24,755 nucleotides of DNA, taken from the IMG/VR virus record IMGVR_UViG_3300031654_000090, positions 1 to 24,755 of that record; one strand, 5' to 3'. This DNA comes from a virus (lineage: Duplodnaviria > Caudoviricetes). Of the stretch, positions 7,265 to 15,665 are shown in pieces. The notes beneath the pieces are model-generated. The model ran no database searches. It saw nothing but the letters and a program-made list of their open reading frames with translations, and was not told the DNA's origin. The first letter of the stretch is position 1; each line of letters opens with the position of its first letter. A program made the position numbers and the translations under genes.

Positions 7265-8761
7265 ATGGATCAGACAGGAAAAATACCGCCTCAAGCAGTT
7301 GAGATAGAACAGATTGTTCTTGGTGCTATGCTTATAAGTGGTTCAGAAGTAACAGACAAAGTTACTCAGATAATAAGACCTGACGACTTATACAAAGAGT
7401 CTCATATTTTGATCTTTCAGGCAATACTTAAGCTTTACAGGGATAACCAAAACACGGATCTATACATTGTAAATGAAGAGCTGACGAAAAACGGGAATAT
7501 TGAAAAAATCGGAGGCTTAAATTATTTAATGCAGCTAACGGAAAAGATCGTTTCCGTCGTGGGTATTGAGCAGCATTGTTACCTTATAAAACAAAAATCT
7601 ATTGCCAGACAACTTATCAGGTTAGGGAATGATATTATACAGCAGTCGTTTGATGCTTTTGCAGATGTCGCAGACCTGATAGCTTTTGCCAGTAATGGTC
7701 TTGAGCGAATTACAGACTCAATTTATGAGAAGAAAACTGGTAATTCTTTTGCAGACTTTATAAAACAATCCATAGACGAATATAATCAGAGGGACGAAGT
7801 AGCCAGAAGAGGCGGCTTGCATGGAGTGCCTACCGGAGTACATAAGCTTAATAAAATATCCGGCGGCTGGCAAGGTGGAGAGCTTACTATCATAGCAGCC
7901 CGCCCGTCGATGGGAAAAACAGCCTTTGCTCTTCATATAGTTAAAACCGCTGCACTAAACGGCAACTGGGTGAATATCTATTCACTTGAAATGAGAGGTG
8001 TTAGACTTACAGATAGGATATTGACCGGTCAGGCTAACATAGATCCTTCAAAGTTCCGTGACGGTTACCTTGACGTTGGAGAAAAAGATCAGTTAAAGAA
8101 CGCAAGTGAACAGCTCAAAGACTTACCGGTATTTATTGACGACAATCCAATGACGAACATGGAGTATATAAGGGCAAGGTCACGGATACTAAGGCGTAAA
8201 GGTCAATGTGATATGATTGTTATAGACTACCTGCAGCTTATAGATAATGATGAAACCAGTACAAAGGGACGCAACCGGGAACAGGAAGTCTCGGAAATGT
8301 CACGTAAGGCTAAGCTGTTAGCCCTTGAACTAAATGTACCGGTTATTCTTTTGTCACAGCTTAACAGGGCGTGCGAGTTAAGGGGCGGACTGAAAAAACC
8401 TGAGCTTTCAGATCTCCGGGAGTCCGGAGCAATAGAACAGGATGCAGACAATGTTATTCTCATGTGGAGAGGCGAACGTTACGGAATAATAGTTGACGAA
8501 GAGGGTAACAGCATTAAGGGCAAAGGAGAACTAATTGTTGCAAAACAACGCAATGGTTCAATAGGTACAGTCTTTTTTGGATATAATGAAAGCCTTACAC
8601 GAATATATGACTGGTACGATCCTTCAAAAATACCGGTTGAAGCCGGTGTAGATTTATTCCTTGAGGACGCAAATATTGAGCCTTTGACTCAGCCGCCTTT
8701 AGGGTTAACAGACCCTAACCCAAATACCAACTTTAACAATTTTGAAACTGACAGAAAATAA
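7265..8761 (+). CDS. dnaB: Replicative DNA helicase
   Basis: PPQAVEIEQIVLG, AARPSMGKT, SLEM, IDYLQL, LSQLNR, DLRESGAIEQDAD and AKQRNG motifs. Confidence 0.97.
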   Translation: MDQTGKIPPQAVEIEQIVLGAMLISGSEVTDKVTQIIRPDDLYKESHILIFQAILKLYRDNQNTDLYIVNEELTKNGNIEKIGGLNYLMQLTEKIVSVVGIEQHCYLIKQKSIARQLIRLGNDIIQQSFDAFADVADLIAFASNGLERITDSIYEKKTGNSFADFIKQSIDEYNQRDEVARRGGLHGVPTGVHKLNKISGGWQGGELTIIAARPSMGKTAFALHIVKTAALNGNWVNIYSLEMRGVRLTDRILTGQANIDPSKFRDGYLDVGEKDQLKNASEQLKDLPVFIDDNPMTNMEYIRARSRILRRKGQCDMIVIDYLQLIDNDETSTKGRNREQEVSEMSRKAKLLALELNVPVILLSQLNRACELRGGLKKPELSDLRESGAIEQDADNVILMWRGERYGIIVDEEGNSIKGKGELIVAKQRNGSIGTVFFGYNESLTRIYDWYDPSKIPVEAGVDLFLEDANIEPLTQPPLGLTDPNPNTNFNNFETDRK

Positions 8762-8772
8762 ATCCAAATAGT

Positions 8773-9267
8773 ATGAGTATTACACAATTAAGAATCCAAA
8801 AGGCACAGCTTATCGGTGACTTTATTATGTCAAGCTGGTCTGAAGAAGAGATTAAAGCATTATTGAATATTGCTACCGATGAAGAAGGCTTCCTTGAATG
8901 GAAAGCAAAACCGTCTTTGAATTTTATCTTTAAAAAAGTATGTAGATACTTCGAACTGTCAGAATATCGTGTAGCTTCAAAAGCCCGAACCTGGGAGACT
9001 GCTTACCCCCGACATGTATTCGCTTATCTTGTTTTAAAGATATACAATCCTGAAGCCCTTAAAGAAACGTCCGTCATAGGCTATAAAGAAAAAGTAAAAG
9101 CTGGTATTCGTCGCGCAATAGCTAAGATTATAAACCGGGAAGGTCCGTCGGTAAATAACTCTATTAAAGTGATAGAAAACTTGATTGATACCAATAAGGT
9201 TGTTAAGGCTGAACTAAAGTATATTGAGAACGAATTATATAAGGAATTTCTTAATGGGCAAAATTAA
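8773..9267 (+). CDS. DnaA domain IV-like DNA-binding protein
   Basis: IFKKVCRYFELS..ASKART..YPRHVFAYL..IAKIINREGPSVNNSIKVIE resembles the DnaA C-terminal HTH; no AAA+ domain. Confidence 0.7.
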   Translation: MSITQLRIQKAQLIGDFIMSSWSEEEIKALLNIATDEEGFLEWKAKPSLNFIFKKVCRYFELSEYRVASKARTWETAYPRHVFAYLVLKIYNPEALKETSVIGYKEKVKAGIRRAIAKIINREGPSVNNSIKVIENLIDTNKVVKAELKYIENELYKEFLNGQN

Positions 9268-9874
9268 AGTATATAATTTATCGAAGCTTCAAACTGCAGA
9301 CTTTGAGCTATTTCAGGAATTGCAGGGTGACTTCAAAATAACAACCCCTGAGAAGATTGACAAGCTAAAGACCCGGATAGTCAACGCCGGCTTCAAGTAT
9401 GCTTTTCAAGTATGGAAAGACCCGGAAGGTCTGTTATGGATAATAGACGCTCATCACAGGCGTAGAGCTCTGAAAGAACTCCGTGATGAAGGCTACGAAA
9501 TACCAGAAATACCTTATGTACTGATACAGGCCAGAGGTAAAAAAGAGGCTGTTCAGGAAATAGCTTTTGCTAATTCACATTATTCAGAGATCAACCCGAA
9601 AGCTATGATATTTGAAGAGTACGAAATTACTGAGGACGACCTTGAGCTTGCCGAGCTGGGAAACTTCAACTTCAGTAACAACCTCAGCAATTCACTTGAA
9701 GTACATGGGGATGACTCAGGAAACTCAAAAGGGCTTGACCGGTTAACATTTGCCGGGAAGGTTGTATTTATGACTGAAGATGAAAAAGAGGCTCTTCTTG
9801 AGGTATATAATAACTACCTGAATGAAGCAGCTACAAACTACGGTTTTGTCAATCATTTATTAAGCCTTGAATAA
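9254..9874 (+). CDS. ParB/Srx-like N-terminal domain protein
   Basis: IIDAHHRRRAL ParB arginine-patch motif; ATG at 9254 overlapping the previous gene preferred over TTG 9224. Confidence 0.78.
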   Translation: MGKIKVYNLSKLQTADFELFQELQGDFKITTPEKIDKLKTRIVNAGFKYAFQVWKDPEGLLWIIDAHHRRRALKELRDEGYEIPEIPYVLIQARGKKEAVQEIAFANSHYSEINPKAMIFEEYEITEDDLELAELGNFNFSNNLSNSLEVHGDDSGNSKGLDRLTFAGKVVFMTEDEKEALLEVYNNYLNEAATNYGFVNHLLSLE

Positions 9875-11328
9875 TGTTTGTGCCGGAGTACGATATAATG
9901 AAGGTAAAACCTGCAATATATAACCCACGTTACTTAAGTGACCATGCGTTCTCATTATTGCAGCAGTCCCTTAAAAAACTGGGAGTGCTTAAGCCTATCA
10001 TAGTCCGTGAAGATAATACCATAATTGCCGGTCACCAACGGACAAAGGCAATGCTGGCACTTGGAATAAAAGCAGCTCCGGCATTTGTAATAAATGGCAT
10101 TAATAAAATGGATGAAGTACGCTTCAACCAAATGCACAATGCCAGTGACGCTGAACTTAATGAGTTATACAGTACGGTAAGGATAACCGGCTCAGTACCG
10201 TTGGGTTGGTCTTGGGTTGACTCAAAACAGATTGAGGTGGTAAACAAAGGCAAACTGGTAAAGTTGCTTAAAGCGGAGCTGAAGCTGTTAGCAAGATACG
10301 GAGACTGGGGAGCAGTCGTTGCAGATCAGGACGGAAATGTAATAATCTCACCTGAATATGCTATTGCAAGTAAAACACTAAACCGCAAATTACTTGTTTA
10401 CGGTATCGAAAACAGCAAAGTCAAAGATGTAAAGTACTATTTCGGGCAAGATTATGGAGTTTTCTCCTACCAGCATCTTGATAAAGATACCTTCATTCAA
10501 ACCCTTGCTCAAAAGTCAAGGTTAAGAGATGCTAACCAGAGAGGCGGAAAAAGTGTGCTTTATGAAACATGCGTTATTCCGGGAATAAACAAACAGCAAA
10601 GAATTTTGGACTTCGGTTCAGGCTGGGGCGACTATGCAAAGATGCTAAGGCGCAAAGGTTACAGCATAACAGACCTTGAATTTTATCGCCGGCATAAATC
10701 TGTAAATGCTATTAACGTGGACTGGGTAAACATGCGAATAAGTGACATACTTGAAGATATTCAGGAAAATGGTCTTTATGATGTTATAGTCTGCGACTCA
10801 GTACTCAATAGTGTGGACAGTCTTGAAGCGGAAAAGAGCGTAATGATAACGCTCAACGCTTTTTGCAAACCTGGTGGGATAGTTTTCTGGTCAGGTCGGT
10901 GTAAGGAATTTGTATCGCATACCGTCGGGGATAAGTCAGAATTTGACTCAAGGCCGGAGAAGGGAACAGTCTCGGAAGATGAAATGACTATGCTGTACTT
11001 CTTTGATGAAAATAACTTCACAGCTAACTACCGTGAGGGTCGCTGGTTTTATCAGAAGATGCACACCTTTGAACAGGTACATGAGCTGAACCGGAAATAT
11101 ATCGGTTCTCAATACAGCTTAACAGGTAAAGGGCGTAACATTGAAAGACCGCGGCAAATGAAAAACACGTCAAGCTTTCAGGTCACTTCTATAAAGGATG
11201 TTGAAATAGATGCACAGACTGTAAAAGAAGCCCTGAAATTTGAGTTCTCATTGATCTTACCTAACGGTAATAGATATAACAGATTTAACGACGTATGGAA
11301 CGTATTTAAACAATATTATGAAAATTAA
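9874..11328 (+). CDS. ParB-N domain fused to a class I SAM-dependent methyltransferase
   Basis: YNPR..LKPIIV..IIAGHQRTKA (ParB-N); ILDFGSGWGD (SAM motif I), YDVIVCDSVLNSV, CKPGG; TAATG stop/start overlap with the upstream gene. Confidence 0.85.
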   Translation: MFVPEYDIMKVKPAIYNPRYLSDHAFSLLQQSLKKLGVLKPIIVREDNTIIAGHQRTKAMLALGIKAAPAFVINGINKMDEVRFNQMHNASDAELNELYSTVRITGSVPLGWSWVDSKQIEVVNKGKLVKLLKAELKLLARYGDWGAVVADQDGNVIISPEYAIASKTLNRKLLVYGIENSKVKDVKYYFGQDYGVFSYQHLDKDTFIQTLAQKSRLRDANQRGGKSVLYETCVIPGINKQQRILDFGSGWGDYAKMLRRKGYSITDLEFYRRHKSVNAINVDWVNMRISDILEDIQENGLYDVIVCDSVLNSVDSLEAEKSVMITLNAFCKPGGIVFWSGRCKEFVSHTVGDKSEFDSRPEKGTVSEDEMTMLYFFDENNFTANYREGRWFYQKMHTFEQVHELNRKYIGSQYSLTGKGRNIERPRQMKNTSSFQVTSIKDVEIDAQTVKEALKFEFSLILPNGNRYNRFNDVWNVFKQYYEN

Positions 11329-11725
11329 AAGACTGGACATAGAAGCAAGCTTCAGGTATTTTTGGCTGAAATACATTGAAGATTTTGACCTTTCAAACCA
11401 TTGTGCTAGGGCTTTCATAGGTAAATATGAAAAGAACCTTAGTATAGGTCTAATCTTACCCGAGTCTGAATATTACTATATGTGTGGAGTCTCAAGCCCT
11501 TACATATACAACAACAATTTTCACCTTGCTTTCCGTCACAAAGAGGGTTCAGAGATTAAAGTAAAACGCCACGGTGTAAAAGTATGGATAACCGACGCTG
11601 AAGAGATTGAGATAACTCCTTTAATGGAAGGGGAAGCTCATCACCCTAAAGGGAAATATAAAGAGTTTTATACATGCCGGAACTGGCAGTTTGCGTATCA
11701 AATATCAAAAGGAAAGGAGAATTAA
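11318..11725 (+). CDS. Hypothetical aromatic/Cys/His-rich protein coupled to the methyltransferase
   Basis: 135 aa, overlaps the MTase stop by 11 nt; NHCA, YYYMCGVS, NFHLAF and CRNWQFA motifs. Confidence 0.75.
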   Translation: MKIKRLDIEASFRYFWLKYIEDFDLSNHCARAFIGKYEKNLSIGLILPESEYYYMCGVSSPYIYNNNFHLAFRHKEGSEIKVKRHGVKVWITDAEEIEITPLMEGEAHHPKGKYKEFYTCRNWQFAYQISKGKEN

Positions 11726-11728
11726 GAA

Positions 11729-11836
11729 ATGACGTTTATAAATATAGCAATAGCAGCTTCAGTAATTCTTTGTATAGGCTTTGCTCTATACGGGCTTTAT
11801 ACGTTTGTTGATAAGATCAAAAAATACATTGATTAA
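11729..11836 (+). CDS. 35-aa single-pass membrane peptide not in the ORF track
   Basis: MTFINIAIAASVILCIGFALYGLYTFVDKIKKYID; fills the gap 3 nt after the previous stop and 1 nt before the next GTG. Confidence 0.6.
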   Translation: MTFINIAIAASVILCIGFALYGLYTFVDKIKKYID

Positions 11837-11837
11837 A

Positions 11838-12107
11838 GTGAGAAAAGAGATAGCAGAGCTAAAGAGTATTCAAATACCGATAAAGCTTCTGGATAATAAA
11901 ACAGAAGAGTTACGCAATTTAGGTATTGAGACGGTTTCACCAAATGTTCTCAAGCCTTTTATATTCCGTACTACAAGCCTTGATGGTTTCTGGACTGATG
12001 AAGAGAGCAAGGAAATAGTCTTTTATGTAGGTGGATTTAGCTTTGTAACACCTTATTCTCAGAATACCTTGAAATTGTTCAATATCATTTTAGGTAAAAT
12101 ACAATAG
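11838..12107 (+). CDS. Hypothetical protein (89 aa)
   Basis: In-frame GTG at 11838 follows the small TM ORF and is preferred over TTG 11781; ends 2 nt before the next gene. Confidence 0.6.
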   Translation: MRKEIAELKSIQIPIKLLDNKTEELRNLGIETVSPNVLKPFIFRTTSLDGFWTDEESKEIVFYVGGFSFVTPYSQNTLKLFNIILGKIQ

Positions 12108-12109
12108 AT

Positions 12110-12709
12110 ATGCCTGCAGCACCGAAATACGATAAAAGAGAGAGGGAGAAAATTGTTCGTAAGATCAATGAGAAATATGCAACCGGTAAATATCCTATTG
12201 TTGTATGCTGTGATCATTTCGGCATAACATACAAAACCTTCAAGCGGTGGGATAAGGAATTTTCAAAAGTACCACGGAAAAAAGCTGAAGGTACAACGCA
12301 AGGTACAAAAGCAAAAAATGATACTGATGAAAGTACAACAAAACCGAAAACTTATGCAGACGCAAAGGCTGAGGCTCGCAATGTACGCCGGAAAGCGTTA
12401 CGTGAAAGAGCTTTGACAGCGTTGGAGTATCATTTGGAAATACAGGAATATGAAGAGAAAAAACAAATAGCAGAAATAGGTTCAGATGGCAAGCCGGTAA
12501 CGAAAAAAATTGAAGTTACACGCAAGCGTAAAGAGCCTAATCCGATGTTAACACGTTTTACATTAACAAATGTTGATCCAGAGAACTTCAGAGAGAGTCA
12601 GAAGATCGAACACTCCGGGGAGATAAGGACTTTAACAGACCTTATCATGCAAAACCGGGAGCGAATAGAGAGAGAGCAGAATGAAGATGCTGGACAAAAT
12701 AGCGAGTAA
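12110..12709 (+). CDS. Probable terminase small subunit
   Basis: N-terminal HTH (CCDHFGITYKTFKRW), FTLTNVDPENFRESQKIEHSGEI C-terminal pattern; overlaps terL. Confidence 0.75.
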   Translation: MPAAPKYDKREREKIVRKINEKYATGKYPIVVCCDHFGITYKTFKRWDKEFSKVPRKKAEGTTQGTKAKNDTDESTTKPKTYADAKAEARNVRRKALRERALTALEYHLEIQEYEEKKQIAEIGSDGKPVTKKIEVTRKRKEPNPMLTRFTLTNVDPENFRESQKIEHSGEIRTLTDLIMQNRERIEREQNEDAGQNSE

Positions 12710-14222
12710 TGAACAGCTATTGGAGTTTTATTTACGGTGTAGAAAAGACTGGAACTTATTTGCCCGTGAATGGCTTGATGTTCGTTTAGATAACGATCAG
12801 CAAGAGATACTTCATGCAGTACAAACTAACCGGCGTGTTTCAGTACGCTCAGGTACAGCACGGGGAAAAGACTTTGTTGCGGCGGTTGCTTCCGTAGCAT
12901 TTCTTTTTCTTAATATTCCTTCAAAAGTAATAAATACAGCTCCTACCGGGCGTCAGGTAACAGCTATTATGCTTCCGGAGATTGCAAGGCTGTATAAGAA
13001 CGCTCAGAAAATTGGAGGGCTGGGAGGTCGCCTTATGGCAGATGGGATACGGTTTGAAGAAGATCGCACCTGGTATTTGATGGGATTTAAGGCGGATGAT
13101 AAAAATACTGAAGCATGGTCAGGCTTCCATTCACCTAACCTTATGGTCGTGGTAACAGAAGCGTCAGGGATAGAACAACAGACGTTTGATGCTATTGAAG
13201 GGATCCTACAGGGCAACTCAAGGCTTGTCATAGTGTTTAACCCTAATAACCTGAAGGGTGAAGCCTACGAGAGCGCAAGGTCGCCTCAGTACAAGTCTTT
13301 CAAGCTTAACTGTCTTGACAGCCCTAATGTTATAGCCCGGAAAATAGTTATACCCGGTCAGGTTGACTATGACTGGGTAAATGAGAAAGTACTGAAAAAA
13401 GGTTGGACAATGGAGATCCACCCTTCTGAAGTTGACCCGACGAAGTTTGACTTTGAGTGGAACGGTAAATATTACAGACCCGGTGACCTGTTCCGTGTCA
13501 AGGTATTGGGAGAATTTCCGGAAGAGGACTCAGGCGGTCTTATTCCTTTAGCATGGATTGAGCAAGCTAATGACAGGTGGATAGAGTACACTAAAGGCGG
13601 TTTCCGGGAAAGTACTCCGGTAAGACTTGGAGTAGATGTAGCCGGCATGGGAACAGACAATTCAGTTATCGTTGATAGGTATGGATTTTATGTTAAAGGC
13701 ATTCATATTGTGCCGGTTGCTTCAAAAGATACTATTCACATGCAGGTAGCCGGGCAGGTTAAACAAGCCCTGTTTAACGGCGGACAGGCTTTTATAGATA
13801 CAATCGGAGAAGGTGCGGGCGTCTATTCCAGGCTTCGTGAAATGAAAGTGCTTAATGCTTATTCATGTAAAAACTCAGAGAACGCTAAGGGGCTGTATGA
13901 TGCAACCGGTGTAAGGAAGTTTACTAATATGAGAGCTTATATGTACTGGGCTTTGCGTGACGCCCTTGACCCTTCCGGAGATATTAAGCTTATGCTTCCT
14001 CCTGATGATGAACTCAAAGAAGAGCTATGCGAAATTCATTACATGATACAATCCGATAGCAGAATAATACTTGAACCTAAAGAAGATATTAAAAAGAGAC
14101 TGGGACGGTCACCGGATAAAGCTGACGCCCTGTCAATGACTTTTTACCCTGAAGCAAGGGTAAATGAAGAACAACCGTATACAGGCGAATACCTGACAAA
14201 AGAGGATTTTGGAATTTTTTAA
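12681..14222 (+). CDS. terL: Terminase large subunit
   Basis: Q motif (DNDQQEIL), Walker A-like RSGTARGKD, Walker B-like VVVTEASG, coupling motif FNP, nuclease motifs LGVDVA, DTIGEG and SPDKADA. Confidence 0.93.
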   Translation: MKMLDKIASNEQLLEFYLRCRKDWNLFAREWLDVRLDNDQQEILHAVQTNRRVSVRSGTARGKDFVAAVASVAFLFLNIPSKVINTAPTGRQVTAIMLPEIARLYKNAQKIGGLGGRLMADGIRFEEDRTWYLMGFKADDKNTEAWSGFHSPNLMVVVTEASGIEQQTFDAIEGILQGNSRLVIVFNPNNLKGEAYESARSPQYKSFKLNCLDSPNVIARKIVIPGQVDYDWVNEKVLKKGWTMEIHPSEVDPTKFDFEWNGKYYRPGDLFRVKVLGEFPEEDSGGLIPLAWIEQANDRWIEYTKGGFRESTPVRLGVDVAGMGTDNSVIVDRYGFYVKGIHIVPVASKDTIHMQVAGQVKQALFNGGQAFIDTIGEGAGVYSRLREMKVLNAYSCKNSENAKGLYDATGVRKFTNMRAYMYWALRDALDPSGDIKLMLPPDDELKEELCEIHYMIQSDSRIILEPKEDIKKRLGRSPDKADALSMTFYPEARVNEEQPYTGEYLTKEDFGIF

Positions 14223-14233
14223 ATAGATGAGAG

Positions 14234-15640
14234 ATGAACTTAGAAAAGCTTAATAGTTTGACAACGGGAGACATTGCTGATAAATGGAGCGACGTAGTAA
14301 AAACTTATGCAACGGAAGACAAGGATCGATATGAAAACATAGATAAGTACATAAAGGAATACGACCTTCTGCATTATGTACTCGAAAACCCTGACAGGGC
14401 TGATGCAATAATAGGTTCAGGAAACAACAAAAGGGTTGTCAAAAAGGCTAAGTTGCTGATTTCTTTTCAGAAGAAGATCACAAACCTTGCAGTTGCTTTT
14501 CTCTTTGGCAGACCTGTTCGTTTAATTGTTGACAAACGGTCAGAAACTTTTGATGAAGAGCTTGCCGGGTTAAAAATTATTCAAGATATTTGGCGGTCTG
14601 CCAAATTAAATTACCATGATAGGCAATTAGCAAGGCGTTTATTTATAGAAACGCATGTGGCAGAATTGTTCTATGTTGTTAAGACTCCGGAAGAAGGGAA
14701 TAAAATAAAAGTAATGCTTTTAAGTAGAGAAAATGGGGACATATTAGTACCTCATTTCGACAAATACGGCGACTTTGACGTATTTGCCAGAAAATACAAG
14801 GTACTGGACGACGAAGGAAAAGAGAACGAAGCTATTGATATCTATACAGCCAAAACGATAATCAAAGCTATTAAGCTTGACGACTGGCAGTTCACAATAG
14901 ATCAAAACCTTGTCGGTAAAATTCCTGTTATCTATTATTCTCAAGACGCCGCTGAATGGACGGACGTGCAAACCCTTATCGACAGGCTTGAAGATATGAT
15001 AAGCAAAAACGCTGATACTAACGACTATTTTGGCAGTCCGTCAGTTAAGGTGAAAGGTAAAATATCTAATCCTCCGGGGAAAGAGATTCAAGGTAAAATG
15101 TTTCAGTTGGAAGGCCAGAATGTTGAAGGTCGCATAGAGTATGGAGATCTCAGTTATTTAACCTGGGATCACGCCCCGGAAGCTATTAAGCTGGAATACG
15201 AAATACTTAAAGACCTTATATATTCGCAAACATCAACGCCTGACATTTCATTTAACAACCTTAAAGACATAGGCAATATGTCAGGTATTGCTATGCGTTT
15301 CATGTTCTTAGATGCAGCCTTAAAGAGTCTAAACAAGCAGGAAATTTTCGGTGAGGGGCTTGCCCGGAGAATAAACCTGCTTAAAGAAATGGTTTCAAAA
15401 GTGGCTGATGTTAAGAGTGCCAGGCAGCTTAACGGGCTTGACATTGAAATACAGTTCCAGGACGCCCTTCCGGAAGCAGTACGGGAAACAATAGAAATGC
15501 TGAACATAGCCACCGGTGGTGAAAAAATTATGTCAACAAAAACAGCTCTTCAGCATAACCCTTTAGTACAAAATACTGAAGGTGAAATGGAAGAGCTTAA
15601 CAGGGAAAGTGAAAACCCTAATGAGACCTTTATTCCTTAA
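14234..15640 (+). CDS. Portal protein (SPP1 gp6-like)
   Basis: 468 aa after terL; FLFGRPV, GKIPVIY, TPDISF and SGIAMRF motifs. Confidence 0.92.
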   Translation: MNLEKLNSLTTGDIADKWSDVVKTYATEDKDRYENIDKYIKEYDLLHYVLENPDRADAIIGSGNNKRVVKKAKLLISFQKKITNLAVAFLFGRPVRLIVDKRSETFDEELAGLKIIQDIWRSAKLNYHDRQLARRLFIETHVAELFYVVKTPEEGNKIKVMLLSRENGDILVPHFDKYGDFDVFARKYKVLDDEGKENEAIDIYTAKTIIKAIKLDDWQFTIDQNLVGKIPVIYYSQDAAEWTDVQTLIDRLEDMISKNADTNDYFGSPSVKVKGKISNPPGKEIQGKMFQLEGQNVEGRIEYGDLSYLTWDHAPEAIKLEYEILKDLIYSQTSTPDISFNNLKDIGNMSGIAMRFMFLDAALKSLNKQEIFGEGLARRINLLKEMVSKVADVKSARQLNGLDIEIQFQDALPEAVRETIEMLNIATGGEKIMSTKTALQHNPLVQNTEGEMEELNRESENPNETFIP

Positions 15641-15665
15641 TATTAACTAATCCAGTAATCTCAAA

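Noticed and set aside
9874-11328. Classical restriction-modification system or parABS partition locus
   Set aside because: No DPPY/NPPY or PC motif, no cognate endonuclease and no ParA; the ParB domains lack a recognisable HTH.
7265-14222. Inteins or introns in dnaB or terL; diversity-generating retroelement
   Set aside because: Both proteins are of normal length with contiguous motifs; no reverse transcriptase or template/variable repeat pair seen in the window.
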